DNA of 64,000 nt from an uncultured virus (IMG/VR IMGVR_UViG_3300031951_000023) (lineage: Duplodnaviria > Heunggongvirae > Uroviricota > Caudoviricetes): the IMG/VR virus record IMGVR_UViG_3300031951_000023. One strand, given 5' to 3'. How positions within the stretch are numbered: the stretch's first letter is position 1; each line of letters opens with the position of its first letter. Position numbers and translations under genes: made by a program. The notes under the pieces are model-generated. The model saw only the letters and a program-made list of their open reading frames with translations, was not told the origin of the DNA and made no database searches. Of this stretch, positions 7,532 through 18,500 are shown piece by piece.

Positions 7532-9658
7532 ATGTTCATCAAGAGCGTCAAGCTTTCAAATTTTTGTCAACATACGGATAAGACTATAACTTTCGAGAAA
7601 GGACTAAACGCGATAGTAGGTCCTAACGGCTCAGGAAAGTCCAACATACTTACTGCGATATACGGCGGAATAACTGGAAACTTCTCAAGAAACGCGGGCG
7701 TTTTGTCCGACAACGTTAGCATTAACAGGATAGCTGGAAAAGAATGCTCAGTTGAGCTTCAGCTATCCCACGGTTCAGAAGACATCAAGATTGTTAGATG
7801 GATAGACCCATCAAAAAGAGAACTGACCCTGGCTGGAAACACTTACACGTCTGAGGCAGAGTTCAAAAAGAAATTGCTTGAAGTTCTGGACGTCGACGAG
7901 GTGATACTTGACCAGTATTGCTTTGTAGAGCAGTGGGATCATTTTGGCCCCTTTAACCTAACCCCGGCTAAACGTATTAGCGCTTTCCAAAAACTTTTTA
8001 GAATAGACCAGCTAAACAACGTATGTGAGCAAATAGGTAAAAGCGATTACAAAGCCGCTATTTTAAATTTTAGTTATAACAAAACAGACTTAGAAAAAGA
8101 GCTGGCAGACAAGCAGGCCAGTTTAGAAACTTTGAAAAAAGTCGTTGAAGACTACCCAACGATAGAAAGTCTTGACGACAAGATTATTTCAATAGTCAAC
8201 GACGTCAACGCCTGCAAAGAAAAGATCAGGCTTGCCGCTAGCATTTCTTCTCGCTTGTCTTATATAGATAACTACACTACTCAAATGTCAGGGCATGAGA
8301 AAAGGTTAAATCACAAAAAAGAAGAGTTAGCAGCCAAGATGACTTCTTACTCTGAGGGCTCAGCTCTCAGGGTTCAGGCTGAACAAGCTGAATTACTCTG
8401 GAACAAATACAGCAATTACGTCGGATCTAAGAACAGGATTAGTACTGCAATAGCTAATCTTGAAAAAGAAAAAGCTTTAAACCCTACTCCCCAAAAGCCA
8501 GAGAATTACATAGAGGACGAGAATGAAGCTAATACCAAGCTAGATAGCTTCAAATACTATCTTGCTTTCTACAAGAACATGGTTAAGTCTATAGACGTTA
8601 ACGACAAGAAAAGCAGATGCCCGGTATGCGCCACTCCGGCAGAAAACTTAGCAAGTAATTTAAAAGAAGCTGAAGAGCAGATAAAGCAGATATCCCCTCA
8701 GGTAGACGCGCTTACAGACGCGCTTAGAGTAACCATGTCTTTTGACAAGAGCATGAACTCTTATCTTGTTTGGAAGAAAACTTATGACGACAGACTTAAT
8801 CAACTTAACTTTGAAAAATCAAAGTTGATTGAAGTTTCTATTCCTTCCATATCCATGGAAGACTCTAAGAAAATAATTTCAGAAGCTCAGGTTTTGAATA
8901 AAGAAATAGAAGCAATAAACAAGGCTATTAACGAAACTAATTTAACAATAAAAGGTTTACTCAGCGGAATAGAGCAACAGTCTGCTGAAATAGAAAAAGA
9001 TCTAGAGCTGCAAAAAAATTATGAAAGAGTTGACGAAAACAAACTCGCAGACCTTGAAACGGAGCTGGAATTTTTTAAAGCTGAAAAGCTAAAAGTAGGA
9101 GACGCCAGGCTGGAACACGCCACCATGGCCGCTGAGGTTAAGAGCATAAAAGAAAAAATATCAAACGCTAATCTAGAAAGGCAGATGGCTGAAAGGCAAG
9201 TAAGTTGGAACAGCCGTCTTGACCGACTAAAGAAGGTTTTCAAGCACGACGCTCTTCCCATGGCCATATCCAGAAAGCACATGGAAAGGGTGGTAATTGA
9301 GTTAAACAATACTTTGAGTTATATCGGTTTACCCTTTACAATAGAGCTAGACGCAAACTTAGGATTTGAAGCCAAGTTTAGAGACTTTAAGATTTCTGCC
9401 AGCAGGCTTTCAGGAGGTCAAAAGATAATATTGACTATAGCCTTCAGGCTTGCAGTCAACGCGACTTTTGCTTCAAATCTTGGGCTGCTCTGCCTAGACG
9501 AGCCAACAGTGGGTCTTGACGAGATAAACTTGCACGCTATGGAGATGGCTTTTGAAAGGCTAAAAGAGTTTTCCGCAGCTAACGACATTCAAATTATCGT
9601 GGTTAGCCACGAGAAAGGAATAAGCCACCTGTTTAATAACACCATAGACCTAGGTTGA
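7532..9658 (+). CDS. sbcC: Rad50/SbcC (T4 gp46-like) ABC ATPase
   Basis: GPNGSGKS, coiled coil with CPVC zinc hook, LSGGQ signature, LDEPT, VVSH. Confidence 0.9.
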   Translation: MFIKSVKLSNFCQHTDKTITFEKGLNAIVGPNGSGKSNILTAIYGGITGNFSRNAGVLSDNVSINRIAGKECSVELQLSHGSEDIKIVRWIDPSKRELTLAGNTYTSEAEFKKKLLEVLDVDEVILDQYCFVEQWDHFGPFNLTPAKRISAFQKLFRIDQLNNVCEQIGKSDYKAAILNFSYNKTDLEKELADKQASLETLKKVVEDYPTIESLDDKIISIVNDVNACKEKIRLAASISSRLSYIDNYTTQMSGHEKRLNHKKEELAAKMTSYSEGSALRVQAEQAELLWNKYSNYVGSKNRISTAIANLEKEKALNPTPQKPENYIEDENEANTKLDSFKYYLAFYKNMVKSIDVNDKKSRCPVCATPAENLASNLKEAEEQIKQISPQVDALTDALRVTMSFDKSMNSYLVWKKTYDDRLNQLNFEKSKLIEVSIPSISMEDSKKIISEAQVLNKEIEAINKAINETNLTIKGLLSGIEQQSAEIEKDLELQKNYERVDENKLADLETELEFFKAEKLKVGDARLEHATMAAEVKSIKEKISNANLERQMAERQVSWNSRLDRLKKVFKHDALPMAISRKHMERVVIELNNTLSYIGLPFTIELDANLGFEAKFRDFKISASRLSGGQKIILTIAFRLAVNATFASNLGLLCLDEPTVGLDEINLHAMEMAFERLKEFSAANDIQIIVVSHEKGISHLFNNTIDLG

Positions 9659-9672
9659 GCCTGGAGAACACC

Positions 9673-10656
9673 ATGAGCGACAAGGTGGAAGAAACTACAG
9701 CGCTCAAACTCTACACAGATTATCAAGGAACAGTCTGGTATATAAACAAGAAAGGTATGCCTGAGTGTTCAGACCGTAAAGCTTCTGAATTTTGCAACAC
9801 AAGCAAGCTTTTAAAGTCCTGCGACACCGTAATGACTTGCGGAGACCATAAAAATTCAGAATTGATTTACAACTTGTACATACGTAAAAGAGTAAAAAAG
9901 CTAGGCAAATTGCAGGTGTGCAGTCCAAAAGTTGAATACATCAACTTGCCTAACTACTCTCCTGAAAACGTTTTATTGAACATGCGTAGATGGCAGTACG
10001 CCGCTTCTGCCGGAGGTTTCCACGAAGTTTCACAGGATGAGTTTTATATTTACACTCTTACTAACATGATGACTTCAGAGGATTTGTCAAAAGTTTCTGA
10101 AAAAGTTAAGTTGTTGTACAGCCGACACCCTTTGCACGAGATAGCGTCATTCGTGCCTGGTATAGATCATCAATCTTGCGCTTTGTTGGCTGGTCTAATC
10201 ATTGACCCTAGATGGTTCTTTTCTCCGGCTCACCCAGACGGTCTCACAGATTTGTATAAGTATTTTGGTTTGGATTTTAATTCCAGCAAAAAAGACGATG
10301 GGGTTTTAGACGCTCCAAACTCCATATTTTCAAAAGCTTCAAAAAGAAAAATAGTTATAGCTTGTTGGAAAAACTATTTTGACACTGAAGATAAGAGTCC
10401 AGAAAACTTTATAGCTCAAGCTTATTGGGCAGCTATGGACTCAGAGATAGTCGCTAAAGCCGGCAAAGACGGAACAGGACATTCTGAAGACATGGCTGAA
10501 AAATTTGCCAGCAGAAAATTTTTAGAATTCGTTTATAGAAAGTGGCTTATGTACATGTATCCTGACCCAACGCCTTGGAAAGAAAGCGTTTTCGTTCCTG
10601 AGTTGTTCTTTAAGTCTAAAGAGCAACTTGAAGCTTACAGAAAATTTTTCAAGTAA
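9673..10656 (+). CDS. IS110 transposase C-terminal / Nop-domain-like protein (Tas-like) with degenerate RuvC-like N-terminus
   Basis: HPLHEIASFVPGIDHQSCALLAGLIIDPRWF...LYKYFGL and GHSEDMAEKFASRKFLEFVYRKW follow the Transposase_20/Nop pattern; GGAG RBS before ATG 9673. Confidence 0.55.
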   Translation: MSDKVEETTALKLYTDYQGTVWYINKKGMPECSDRKASEFCNTSKLLKSCDTVMTCGDHKNSELIYNLYIRKRVKKLGKLQVCSPKVEYINLPNYSPENVLLNMRRWQYAASAGGFHEVSQDEFYIYTLTNMMTSEDLSKVSEKVKLLYSRHPLHEIASFVPGIDHQSCALLAGLIIDPRWFFSPAHPDGLTDLYKYFGLDFNSSKKDDGVLDAPNSIFSKASKRKIVIACWKNYFDTEDKSPENFIAQAYWAAMDSEIVAKAGKDGTGHSEDMAEKFASRKFLEFVYRKWLMYMYPDPTPWKESVFVPELFFKSKEQLEAYRKFFK

Positions 10657-10726
10657 GCTCTTACCCACCTCCAATGGTTTCAATAAGATGGTAAGTTCAG
10701 TCCTTGCCATGAAAGGAAGTCATGTC

Positions 10727-12211
10727 ATGTCTGGAAGTTTTCTGATTCGTAGTCAAGGAAACCTGGCCGATATTCAAGGAGATTTTACTGAAAATCTAAA
10801 AGCAGAGCTTGAAAGAAGTTTGACATATACTCACGTTGTTCAAAACAGAGGAGTTGCCGCGTACAAGGGAGGATCTTATCAACCTTTTGTTTACGAAGAA
10901 AGATCTCTGTACAAATACGGTCAAACTGGAAATCTGGTTTTTATGCGTGGGTTTCTTAAGAAGATAAAAGGTATTTGTGAGAAATTTGGTTTTGAAGTTG
11001 AGGTGCGCAATTTTGTAAACAACGGCCTTAACCCTGAAAGATTTGCTTATTCATTTGAGAGAATCTTTGAACGAATGGAGTTAAAAGCCAAACAAGATGA
11101 GTGCCTCGCTTCGATAGTATCAAACGACTGCGGTATAATCGTAGCCCCTACAGGTTTTGGTAAATCGTTTTTGTTTGCCGCTATTTGTCTTTTGTTCTAC
11201 AACGCAAGAATACACATTGTCACTAGACGCAAGGACGTAATGAAAAGGCTTCTTAGGCATCTGGTTAAATTTGTTCCAAACGTTGGGCAAGTTGGAGCCG
11301 GCAAAAAAGAATGGGGAAGGGTCACAGTAATAACGGCGGATAGCCTGCACTTGGTAGACCACAGGGTTTCTAATTGTGCCGACATAGTTTTGTATGACGA
11401 AGTTCACGAAGCGGCAGCTCCTAGTTATAAGGATGAACTGTCTAAGTACCAACATGCCAGGATGTACGGTTTTACAGCGACTCCAGAAGGCAGGTTTGAT
11501 AACGCGCATTTTGTGCTTGAAGGTTTGTTTGGACCTCACATTTTCAAGATGTCTTATCAGGAAGCTGTTTCTAATGGTTTAGTTCTTCCGGTCAAGGTCG
11601 AGTGGCTAGACATATCGATGCAGAATCCGTGTGAAGGAATGAAAGAAGTTGTAAAAGAAAGGTGGGGTATTTGGCGCAATAAAACCAGGAACTCTATGAT
11701 TGCAGCTAAAGCCAGACAGTTCAGCGACGACGATCAAATACTTATATTGGTAAGAACTTTAGACCACGCTATTCATTTAAAACAGGAGCTTCCTGAATTT
11801 AAACTTTGTTATGACAGCATAGACCCTTCTGATTACGAAAAGTGCGTGAACAAGGGAATGCTGGATACTGTAAATGAGCCCGCGATGACTCCAGCTATCC
11901 GAGACAAAATGTCAAAAGATTTTGAAGCTGGAACTCTTAAAAAAGTAATAGCCACGGATGTATGGTCTACAGGCGTAGACTTTCCGATGCTTTCAGTTTT
12001 AATTCGCGCAGACGCCAGGGCTAGTGAGATTATGGATATACAAGCACCGGGCCGTGTCGTTCGTAGGCATGACGCTTCTGGAAAAGAACATGGTATAGTC
12101 ATAGACTGTTTGGACAGTTTTGACCCAGGGTTCAAGAAAAGAAGTTTTGAAAGGAAGAAGACTTACGACGAACAAGGCTGGGAGCAGACTTTTCCAAAGA
12201 GAAAAAAGTGA
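10727..12211 (+). CDS. superfamily 2 DNA helicase (UvsW-like)
   Basis: APTGFGKS, DEVH, TATP, STGVDFP, QAPGRVVR. Confidence 0.9.
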   Translation: MSGSFLIRSQGNLADIQGDFTENLKAELERSLTYTHVVQNRGVAAYKGGSYQPFVYEERSLYKYGQTGNLVFMRGFLKKIKGICEKFGFEVEVRNFVNNGLNPERFAYSFERIFERMELKAKQDECLASIVSNDCGIIVAPTGFGKSFLFAAICLLFYNARIHIVTRRKDVMKRLLRHLVKFVPNVGQVGAGKKEWGRVTVITADSLHLVDHRVSNCADIVLYDEVHEAAAPSYKDELSKYQHARMYGFTATPEGRFDNAHFVLEGLFGPHIFKMSYQEAVSNGLVLPVKVEWLDISMQNPCEGMKEVVKERWGIWRNKTRNSMIAAKARQFSDDDQILILVRTLDHAIHLKQELPEFKLCYDSIDPSDYEKCVNKGMLDTVNEPAMTPAIRDKMSKDFEAGTLKKVIATDVWSTGVDFPMLSVLIRADARASEIMDIQAPGRVVRRHDASGKEHGIVIDCLDSFDPGFKKRSFERKKTYDEQGWEQTFPKRKK

Positions 12212-12894
12212 TGGAAAACTCAATAGCTGCAGCTGTCAGAGAAACCTATATTCAAGAAAGGAGAAAATTTGAATCAAGGTTGACAGGCGTTGAAAGCGAG
12301 TACGGAAAAGGTCATATACAAAAATGGGACGGTACGGCGTCTCAAGGTTTTTACGGAAAAATAAAACCTGACAAGTACGGCAGGGAGTTTAAACCAGTAT
12401 GGCCTAAAATAGCAGAGTTTGCTTTCAAAAATAAAGTAGACCCTTTGTTTTTGATACGCTCTGTTTTTTCCAACACTCGCGGAGTTAGACCTCCAGAGCC
12501 TGGAGACATGATATCCAGGGCAGCTTTGAAGCTTTGCCAATCAGACGTTTCTGCAGAATTTCTGAATCAGTACTTGGCAAAACTTGAAGACGTTTTCATC
12601 AACGAAGTGAACACAAGGAATTTTTTTGTAGTCAAGAAAGGATGGACTGGCGAAAGGCTTCTACGATCTATACTGTCAGACATGACCCTGCCTATGACGC
12701 CTTTGTACCGTCACTGCTTGGCGTCTAGGCTGGGTTTTTCTGACATAAAGGATCATTTCTTAAAAGATGCTTGTCTTCAATACATAAGAAATAGGGAAGC
12801 CTATGACGGATCTTTCTGGAAAAACATTTTGACAAGTCAGCTTATGGACGCAGCTGACACAGAGATGGTTAGCGTCACGGAAGGCAGAAGTTAA
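12211..12894 (+). CDS. hypothetical protein (position suggests a helicase accessory)
   Basis: Translationally coupled ORF between the SF2 helicase and the DnaB-like gene. Confidence 0.6.
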   Translation: MENSIAAAVRETYIQERRKFESRLTGVESEYGKGHIQKWDGTASQGFYGKIKPDKYGREFKPVWPKIAEFAFKNKVDPLFLIRSVFSNTRGVRPPEPGDMISRAALKLCQSDVSAEFLNQYLAKLEDVFINEVNTRNFFVVKKGWTGERLLRSILSDMTLPMTPLYRHCLASRLGFSDIKDHFLKDACLQYIRNREAYDGSFWKNILTSQLMDAADTEMVSVTEGRS

Positions 12895-12907
12895 CAAGGA
12901 GGATGCG

Positions 12908-14527
12908 ATGTCGGGGCTTCCAGGATACTCAGGTCAGTTTGTTGCAGAAGTAGAATCTCCAATAACCAACGACCAGCTGGCTTTGTTGTGTAGCGTAATG
13001 CTACATAACACTAGCTTCATGCTGCGAATAAAACAAATGTTCGTTCCAGACACTCTTAATGGAATTGGAGAAGATGTTTATAGAGTGTTCATATCCCTTC
13101 TTTACGAGCACTACGACTCTAACCCTACGGTTAAACTTCCAAAGGCAAGCGCTTTGGTTGAAGTAGGCGCTAGGGTAAACCCTGCAATAAAAGACTTAGC
13201 CAGAGACGAAATTCTATCAATCTATCTGACTGAAGAAACTTCCACTGACCAAGACTTAAGGGCTTGTGAAGATCTGGCTCTTAGCTATGTGCGAAGAATA
13301 ATGTTGGATAGAAAGGTAACCAGACGCTTAAGAGAGGCGATGGCCAGCTCTGGCAGTTTAGAAGTTAATAACATATCAGACCTAATAGCCAGGTCTCAAT
13401 CAGAGATACAAGGAATACAGCTCCTTGTAAGCAACTCCGTTGTTTCAGGCGTTCCAAGGTTTAAGCAAGTCTCAAACGCCAGGGTCGATTTTGATGTAGA
13501 CGTTGATTTTATGAACGCTGTAACTGAAGGAGGTCTTCCTAGAAAATCAGTAAATGGTTTGTTTGGGGTATTCGGAGGGTGCAAGACAACTCTAGCGTGT
13601 CAGATGGCTGCAAGCAGAATAAGACTTGAATACGCAAAAGCGGCAGCCGGTTACTCTAGCGAGTTTGTTGTATATGCTAACTGCGAAGGCCAGCCTGACG
13701 AAATAAAGTACAGAGTTATCTCTGCCTTATCGAAGATTCCAGTAAAGCACATAAAGGACCACTATGAAGAAAGGTGCGCTCTAAGCGGTTCTCCTAGGCA
13801 CTACGAGTATGAAAACATACTTGGATTAGACGTTCCTGCCTTGAATAGGTTAGAGATGGCTGTTGAACAAGTTGAGGATCATTTTTTCATAATAGATTTT
13901 TCCGGCTCAGATAATAACCCTAAAGCCGGTAAAAATTTTGTGTCTGAGATAGATTCAAATATAGAGCACATAAGAAGCATAACTGGAAAGGGCATGTCTT
14001 TGTTTCTTCTGGACTATGCCAAGTTGTTTGTAAAAAGATACATACTTTTAAACAACATGAAGATAGACCATCTAAGGCATTTGCTGGGTGCTTTTCCAGA
14101 CATGGTCAGAGCCAACATAGCTTCAAAGTACGACTGCGCGGCTTTGATTCTTCAACAGGTAAATAAGGAGGCTAACAAGAGAAGCGCTAATGACTTGATA
14201 AGCCACACAGACTCTTCTGAAGCTTCTGACTTTGGCGAGAACTGTCATTTCTGTTTCGCGCTATCTAGGGCTAACCCAGAAAGCAAAGCTATAAAATTAC
14301 ACGTGTCAAAGTCTAGAGACGTAGCTCCTCCCAGCATAATTCCTGAGCTGGTTCACGTAGGGCATTACGGGGCATTATCTCTCAGCGACACGCAGGTAAT
14401 CAGTGGGTTCAGAATTTCTGAAAACATATCCTCAACAAGAGGCTACGCCCCAGGGCTGTCTCTTCCAGACTCAGCACAAGGGCCACAAAGAAGACAACCG
14501 GTAGCGTCTCCAGCGGACATAGATTGA
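12908..14527 (+). CDS. dnaB: DnaB-like replicative helicase
   Basis: GLFGVFGGCKTT (Walker A variant), NCEG, LLDYA, LQQVNK, KSR; directly upstream of primase. Confidence 0.8.
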   Translation: MSGLPGYSGQFVAEVESPITNDQLALLCSVMLHNTSFMLRIKQMFVPDTLNGIGEDVYRVFISLLYEHYDSNPTVKLPKASALVEVGARVNPAIKDLARDEILSIYLTEETSTDQDLRACEDLALSYVRRIMLDRKVTRRLREAMASSGSLEVNNISDLIARSQSEIQGIQLLVSNSVVSGVPRFKQVSNARVDFDVDVDFMNAVTEGGLPRKSVNGLFGVFGGCKTTLACQMAASRIRLEYAKAAAGYSSEFVVYANCEGQPDEIKYRVISALSKIPVKHIKDHYEERCALSGSPRHYEYENILGLDVPALNRLEMAVEQVEDHFFIIDFSGSDNNPKAGKNFVSEIDSNIEHIRSITGKGMSLFLLDYAKLFVKRYILLNNMKIDHLRHLLGAFPDMVRANIASKYDCAALILQQVNKEANKRSANDLISHTDSSEASDFGENCHFCFALSRANPESKAIKLHVSKSRDVAPPSIIPELVHVGHYGALSLSDTQVISGFRISENISSTRGYAPGLSLPDSAQGPQRRQPVASPADID

Positions 14528-14536
14528 GAGGTAGTC

Positions 14537-15577
14537 ATGAAAGTTTTGTGTCCAGCCTTGTATGAAAGGCTAGGTCAGTTGTTTGGTCGCGTAAAAGTAG
14601 CTAATCAGGGTCAAAGTCTTCAGCTGGTTAACAGAAAAGAAAACGGCAAGTTGCGTTTAAAGATAGTATCTCCAGGAGAGTACTATTGCGTTAATTGCCC
14701 TTTTTGTGGAGACCAGCGTAATCGCCTATGGATAAACCACAGGTTCACTGACCATAGGTGGTTGTCTGTTTGCTATAACGAAACTAGATGCTTGGACGGT
14801 CTGGAAGGAAAGTTAAACAGGGATAGGCTTTTCACCAGCTTGTTTAATTCTTCAGAGCCTATAAAGCTTCCAGTCATAGAAGGTACTATAGTTGACGCTA
14901 GAAAACCTTTGGAGCCTATATCCCTTCCTGGCGACATACTCATGTTGAATGAGTTACAGCCAAACCACCCAGCCGTTAACTACTTGTCGTCTAGGGGCTA
15001 TTCTCCTAACGACCTGTCTTTTAATTTTGGTGTAGGGTATTGCAATTATGTTTTTGATAGAGCGGATTACCTTCTTAAAGACAGAATTTTTATACCGTTG
15101 TTTATGAGCCAAAACCTTGTTGGGTGGCAAGGTAGGTTCATTGGCGATGTAGACTGGAAGACCACGGGAATAAAAAAGTATTACAATTTGAGAGGCATGT
15201 CTAAAAGGCAAATGCTCTACAACTATGACGTTGCCAAAGAACAGCCTATGGTTGTTTTATGCGAAGGAGCTGCTGATGTTTGGAGGGTAGGGTCTTGCGG
15301 TGCTGGGCTTCTGGGTTCTGACTTGGCAGACGACCAAGGAACTTTGGTTTACGGGGCTTGGAGCGACAAACCGATAGCTGTATTTTTAGACTCTGACGCT
15401 CAGCATAAATCTGAAGAAATTGTAAGACAACTGAGGTTGATCACAAAGGCTCCTGTGTTCAATATCTGTCATGAGGGAGTCAAAGACCCTGGGTCTTTGA
15501 CTTTCAAAGACTGTTGGGCATTGATAAACAAGGGAAGGACCCTTGCTGGCCTAGATGAGTTTTGGCCCGAAAGGTGA
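14537..15577 (+). CDS. dnaG: DNA primase (zinc finger + TOPRIM)
   Basis: CPFCGD...CYNETRC; RIFIP; GWQGR; CEGAADV; DSD; KDPG. Confidence 0.88.
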   Translation: MKVLCPALYERLGQLFGRVKVANQGQSLQLVNRKENGKLRLKIVSPGEYYCVNCPFCGDQRNRLWINHRFTDHRWLSVCYNETRCLDGLEGKLNRDRLFTSLFNSSEPIKLPVIEGTIVDARKPLEPISLPGDILMLNELQPNHPAVNYLSSRGYSPNDLSFNFGVGYCNYVFDRADYLLKDRIFIPLFMSQNLVGWQGRFIGDVDWKTTGIKKYYNLRGMSKRQMLYNYDVAKEQPMVVLCEGAADVWRVGSCGAGLLGSDLADDQGTLVYGAWSDKPIAVFLDSDAQHKSEEIVRQLRLITKAPVFNICHEGVKDPGSLTFKDCWALINKGRTLAGLDEFWPER

Positions 15578-15583
15578 AGGATC

Positions 15584-18500
15584 ATGAGCGATAATTTTAG
15601 AAAGATGTACAGCGAACTCAGGTTCTTAGAAACTTTGAGATTCGGTGACACAGAGCTATTCAAAAATTTTCCTTTTTACAGAAAGAATTTTGAAGGCTTG
15701 CCCGCGCCGGGTCCAGACTTTGTTGAGTACGCTGAGCTGCTAAAAAAAGACGGTATAGACTACAAGACTCACGACTTTGAGCTTGAAGCCTTATACTACA
15801 GAGCTTTGTACGACGACAATTTCGTATTGCCGTTATCGTATTTAAATAAAAAAGTTACTGTTAATTTTGTTCTTGGCGGGCTGTGGACGGAGCAGGCTAC
15901 AGGGCCTGTTCCGTCTCCCGTCATGATCGTAGTAAAGCAGCCTCACGTTAAGAACCACTACAACAGAAAAGTTCTAGTCGGTAACGCGGGAGAGATACTG
16001 GCTAATTGTTTTGAAGAAGAAGGATTTTTTGACAAACAACAGTTTTACATCACGTCAGTCATAAAGCATGACCACCCAGACACTAAGGGAGGAGTTTTCA
16101 AAGCTTCTTGGATTAAAAACTGTTCTCTGATACTGCAGCAAGAGATAAAGCTTGTTCGGCCAAGCTTCATACTTGCTTTGGGCTCTGAAGCTATAACTGC
16201 TGTTCTTGGTAAAGGCCATACCACTTCAAACACCCAAGGAAGGGTGATGGAGATAAAAGTAAAAGACGGCAAAGGCGAAGATGAGTTTTTTACAGCAAAA
16301 GTTATAACTGGTATAAGCCCTGCTGCAGTACTGAAAAAGCCTGAAAGGTCTGATGATCTTAAGGGAGTTGTCAGAGTTTTTCTAAACACGATCTTAGGAC
16401 AGGAGAAGGCTGAAGAGGTAATAGACCACAGGACGATCAAAGGTCTTGACGAGGCGAAAATCTTAGTACAGGAAATATTAAACGAGCCTGACTCAAACGT
16501 TGTAGCTGTAGATGCTGAGTGGCACGGCTCGTACCCTACTGAAAAAAACGCGTACGTCAGAACAATACAGATTTCCTGGAAACCTGGAAAAGCTGCTTGT
16601 TTTGTTTTGCACAACCAAGGAGGAGAGTCCGAGATAGAGGGAGGAATACCTGCGGTCATAGAAGAGTTGAGCAAGGTTTTTACTAATACGCCTAAAAGAA
16701 AAGTAAGAGTAGTAGGGCATTACCTAAACGCTGACATGCCTTGGCTTATGCATGTAGGACTGGACATAAGAAGTAACTTCGTGGCTCCAATGGATTCTCC
16801 AGGGGCTAACGGAAAAGAAAAATTGTTTGGTTATCAAAAGACAAAAAAGTTTGGAGGTTTTGACACACTTCTTGCCGCGCACTCCGTCAATGAGACTGGA
16901 GATTTCAAGCTAGAAGTCTTGGGTACAAGGTATGTAGGCGTACCAAGATACGACGTAGATTTACAGAAATGGAAAAAATCTTATTGTGAACAAAACAAGA
17001 TAAACTCAGAGCAGTTGGAAGGTTACGGCGATTGCCCTGATGAAATACTAATACCTTACGGCAACTATGACGCTGACTGCACCAGGCGTCTTTTTGATTT
17101 TTTTAACGGAAAAGAAGATCAGCCAGGAGCTTTAGATAGAGATTCTTATGGCAATAACTCCAGGAAACCTTTCTGGGTATCCATGAGAGCCAGCTCTGCG
17201 TTTGGTGAAATGCACATGACTGGTTTGCAAGTAGACTTGGAAACAGCAGAAACTCTAACAGAGCATTATCTAAAAGCTAAGAACAGGCTTCTTGAGATAT
17301 TGCGTAAAGAACTAAACTGGCCTGAGTTCAACACCAGCTCCGTTCAACATTGTCGAGAGATGATGTTTGGTGAGCAGTACAACGGCGTTATAGACAAAGA
17401 AACTTTTAAACCAAAGAGCGTCAGGCCCGAGGGAGCTTTGTCTTTGTACTTGGAGCCATACAAGTCTACAGGCAAAAGGCCTAAGATGTGGAAGGAAATA
17501 AAAGCCAAGAACATAGAAAGTGACTACGCTGTTTCCACGGACAAAGAAGTACTTCAAATACTTTCTGACAAGCATCCGTGCGTTGAGCTATTGCGAGACT
17601 TAAGGTACGTAGCTCAGCTTACTAGGTACGTCTTGAGGCCAGGAAAAGGTGTAGAAGAAGGTTCTGCTGTGAGGGATGAGGATGGACGTATTGAGTATGA
17701 GTCCGGCCTTCTTTCTTATCTTCATGCTGACAATCGCGTCAGGAGTCAGTTCTTCCAAACCAAAGAAACAGGAAGAGCCTCCTCAGCAAGACCTCCCTTG
17801 CAAAATTTGGGGAAGACGGCTGAAGAAAAATACAAGGCTGTATTCAAAAGATACGGATCAGAGATACAGCTAGAGTACAAGATGCCTCTCAGGTCCATAA
17901 TAAGGGCCAAGCCTGGGCATGTGTTTGTGGATGCAGACTACACTGGCGCAGAGCTGGCTATCATGGCTTGGCAGTCTGGCGACTTAAACATGTCTGAACA
18001 CGTCAGGCGCAGCGGTTTACCTGAAGACGACCCAGACTATTACGACATTCACAGCAACGTGGCTGTGAATACTTTCGGTCTAAGCTGTCCGCCAACCAAG
18101 CAAGGCTTAAAGTCAATCGGTAAAAGCGCGCTTAGAAGTGCTGCCAAGGCCGTGGTTTTTGGTTACGCCTACGGGCAACAGGCTGAGGCTACAGCAAGAA
18201 AAGCAAAACAAGAAGGAGCTGACGTAACTGTTGATCAAGCTCGTCAGCTTATTGAAGGCTTGGTTTCAATGTATCCAGCTCTTCCTAAGTATTTTGAAGA
18301 ATGCCGTGAAAGGAGCCAAGATCCTGGTTACATAGTAAACTGTTTTGGAAGGTACAGAAGGTTTACAAAAACTTCTGAAAGAGATGTTGCAGGGGAACAG
18401 CAAAGGCAAGCCATGAACTTCCCTGTCCAGTCAGCTGTGGCTGACGCCATGTCCAGGGCGCTTGACCATCTGTACTGGTACAGGCTTGAGGCAGAAGACC

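Noticed and set aside
9600..10730. TIGR array or IS110 element ends next to the Nop-like gene
   Set aside because: Only about 14 nt upstream and 70 nt downstream are non-coding, with no periodic repeat-spacer pattern
16045..16674. 209-aa minus-strand ORF
   Set aside because: Lies entirely antisense to the polymerase and has no recognisable motifs
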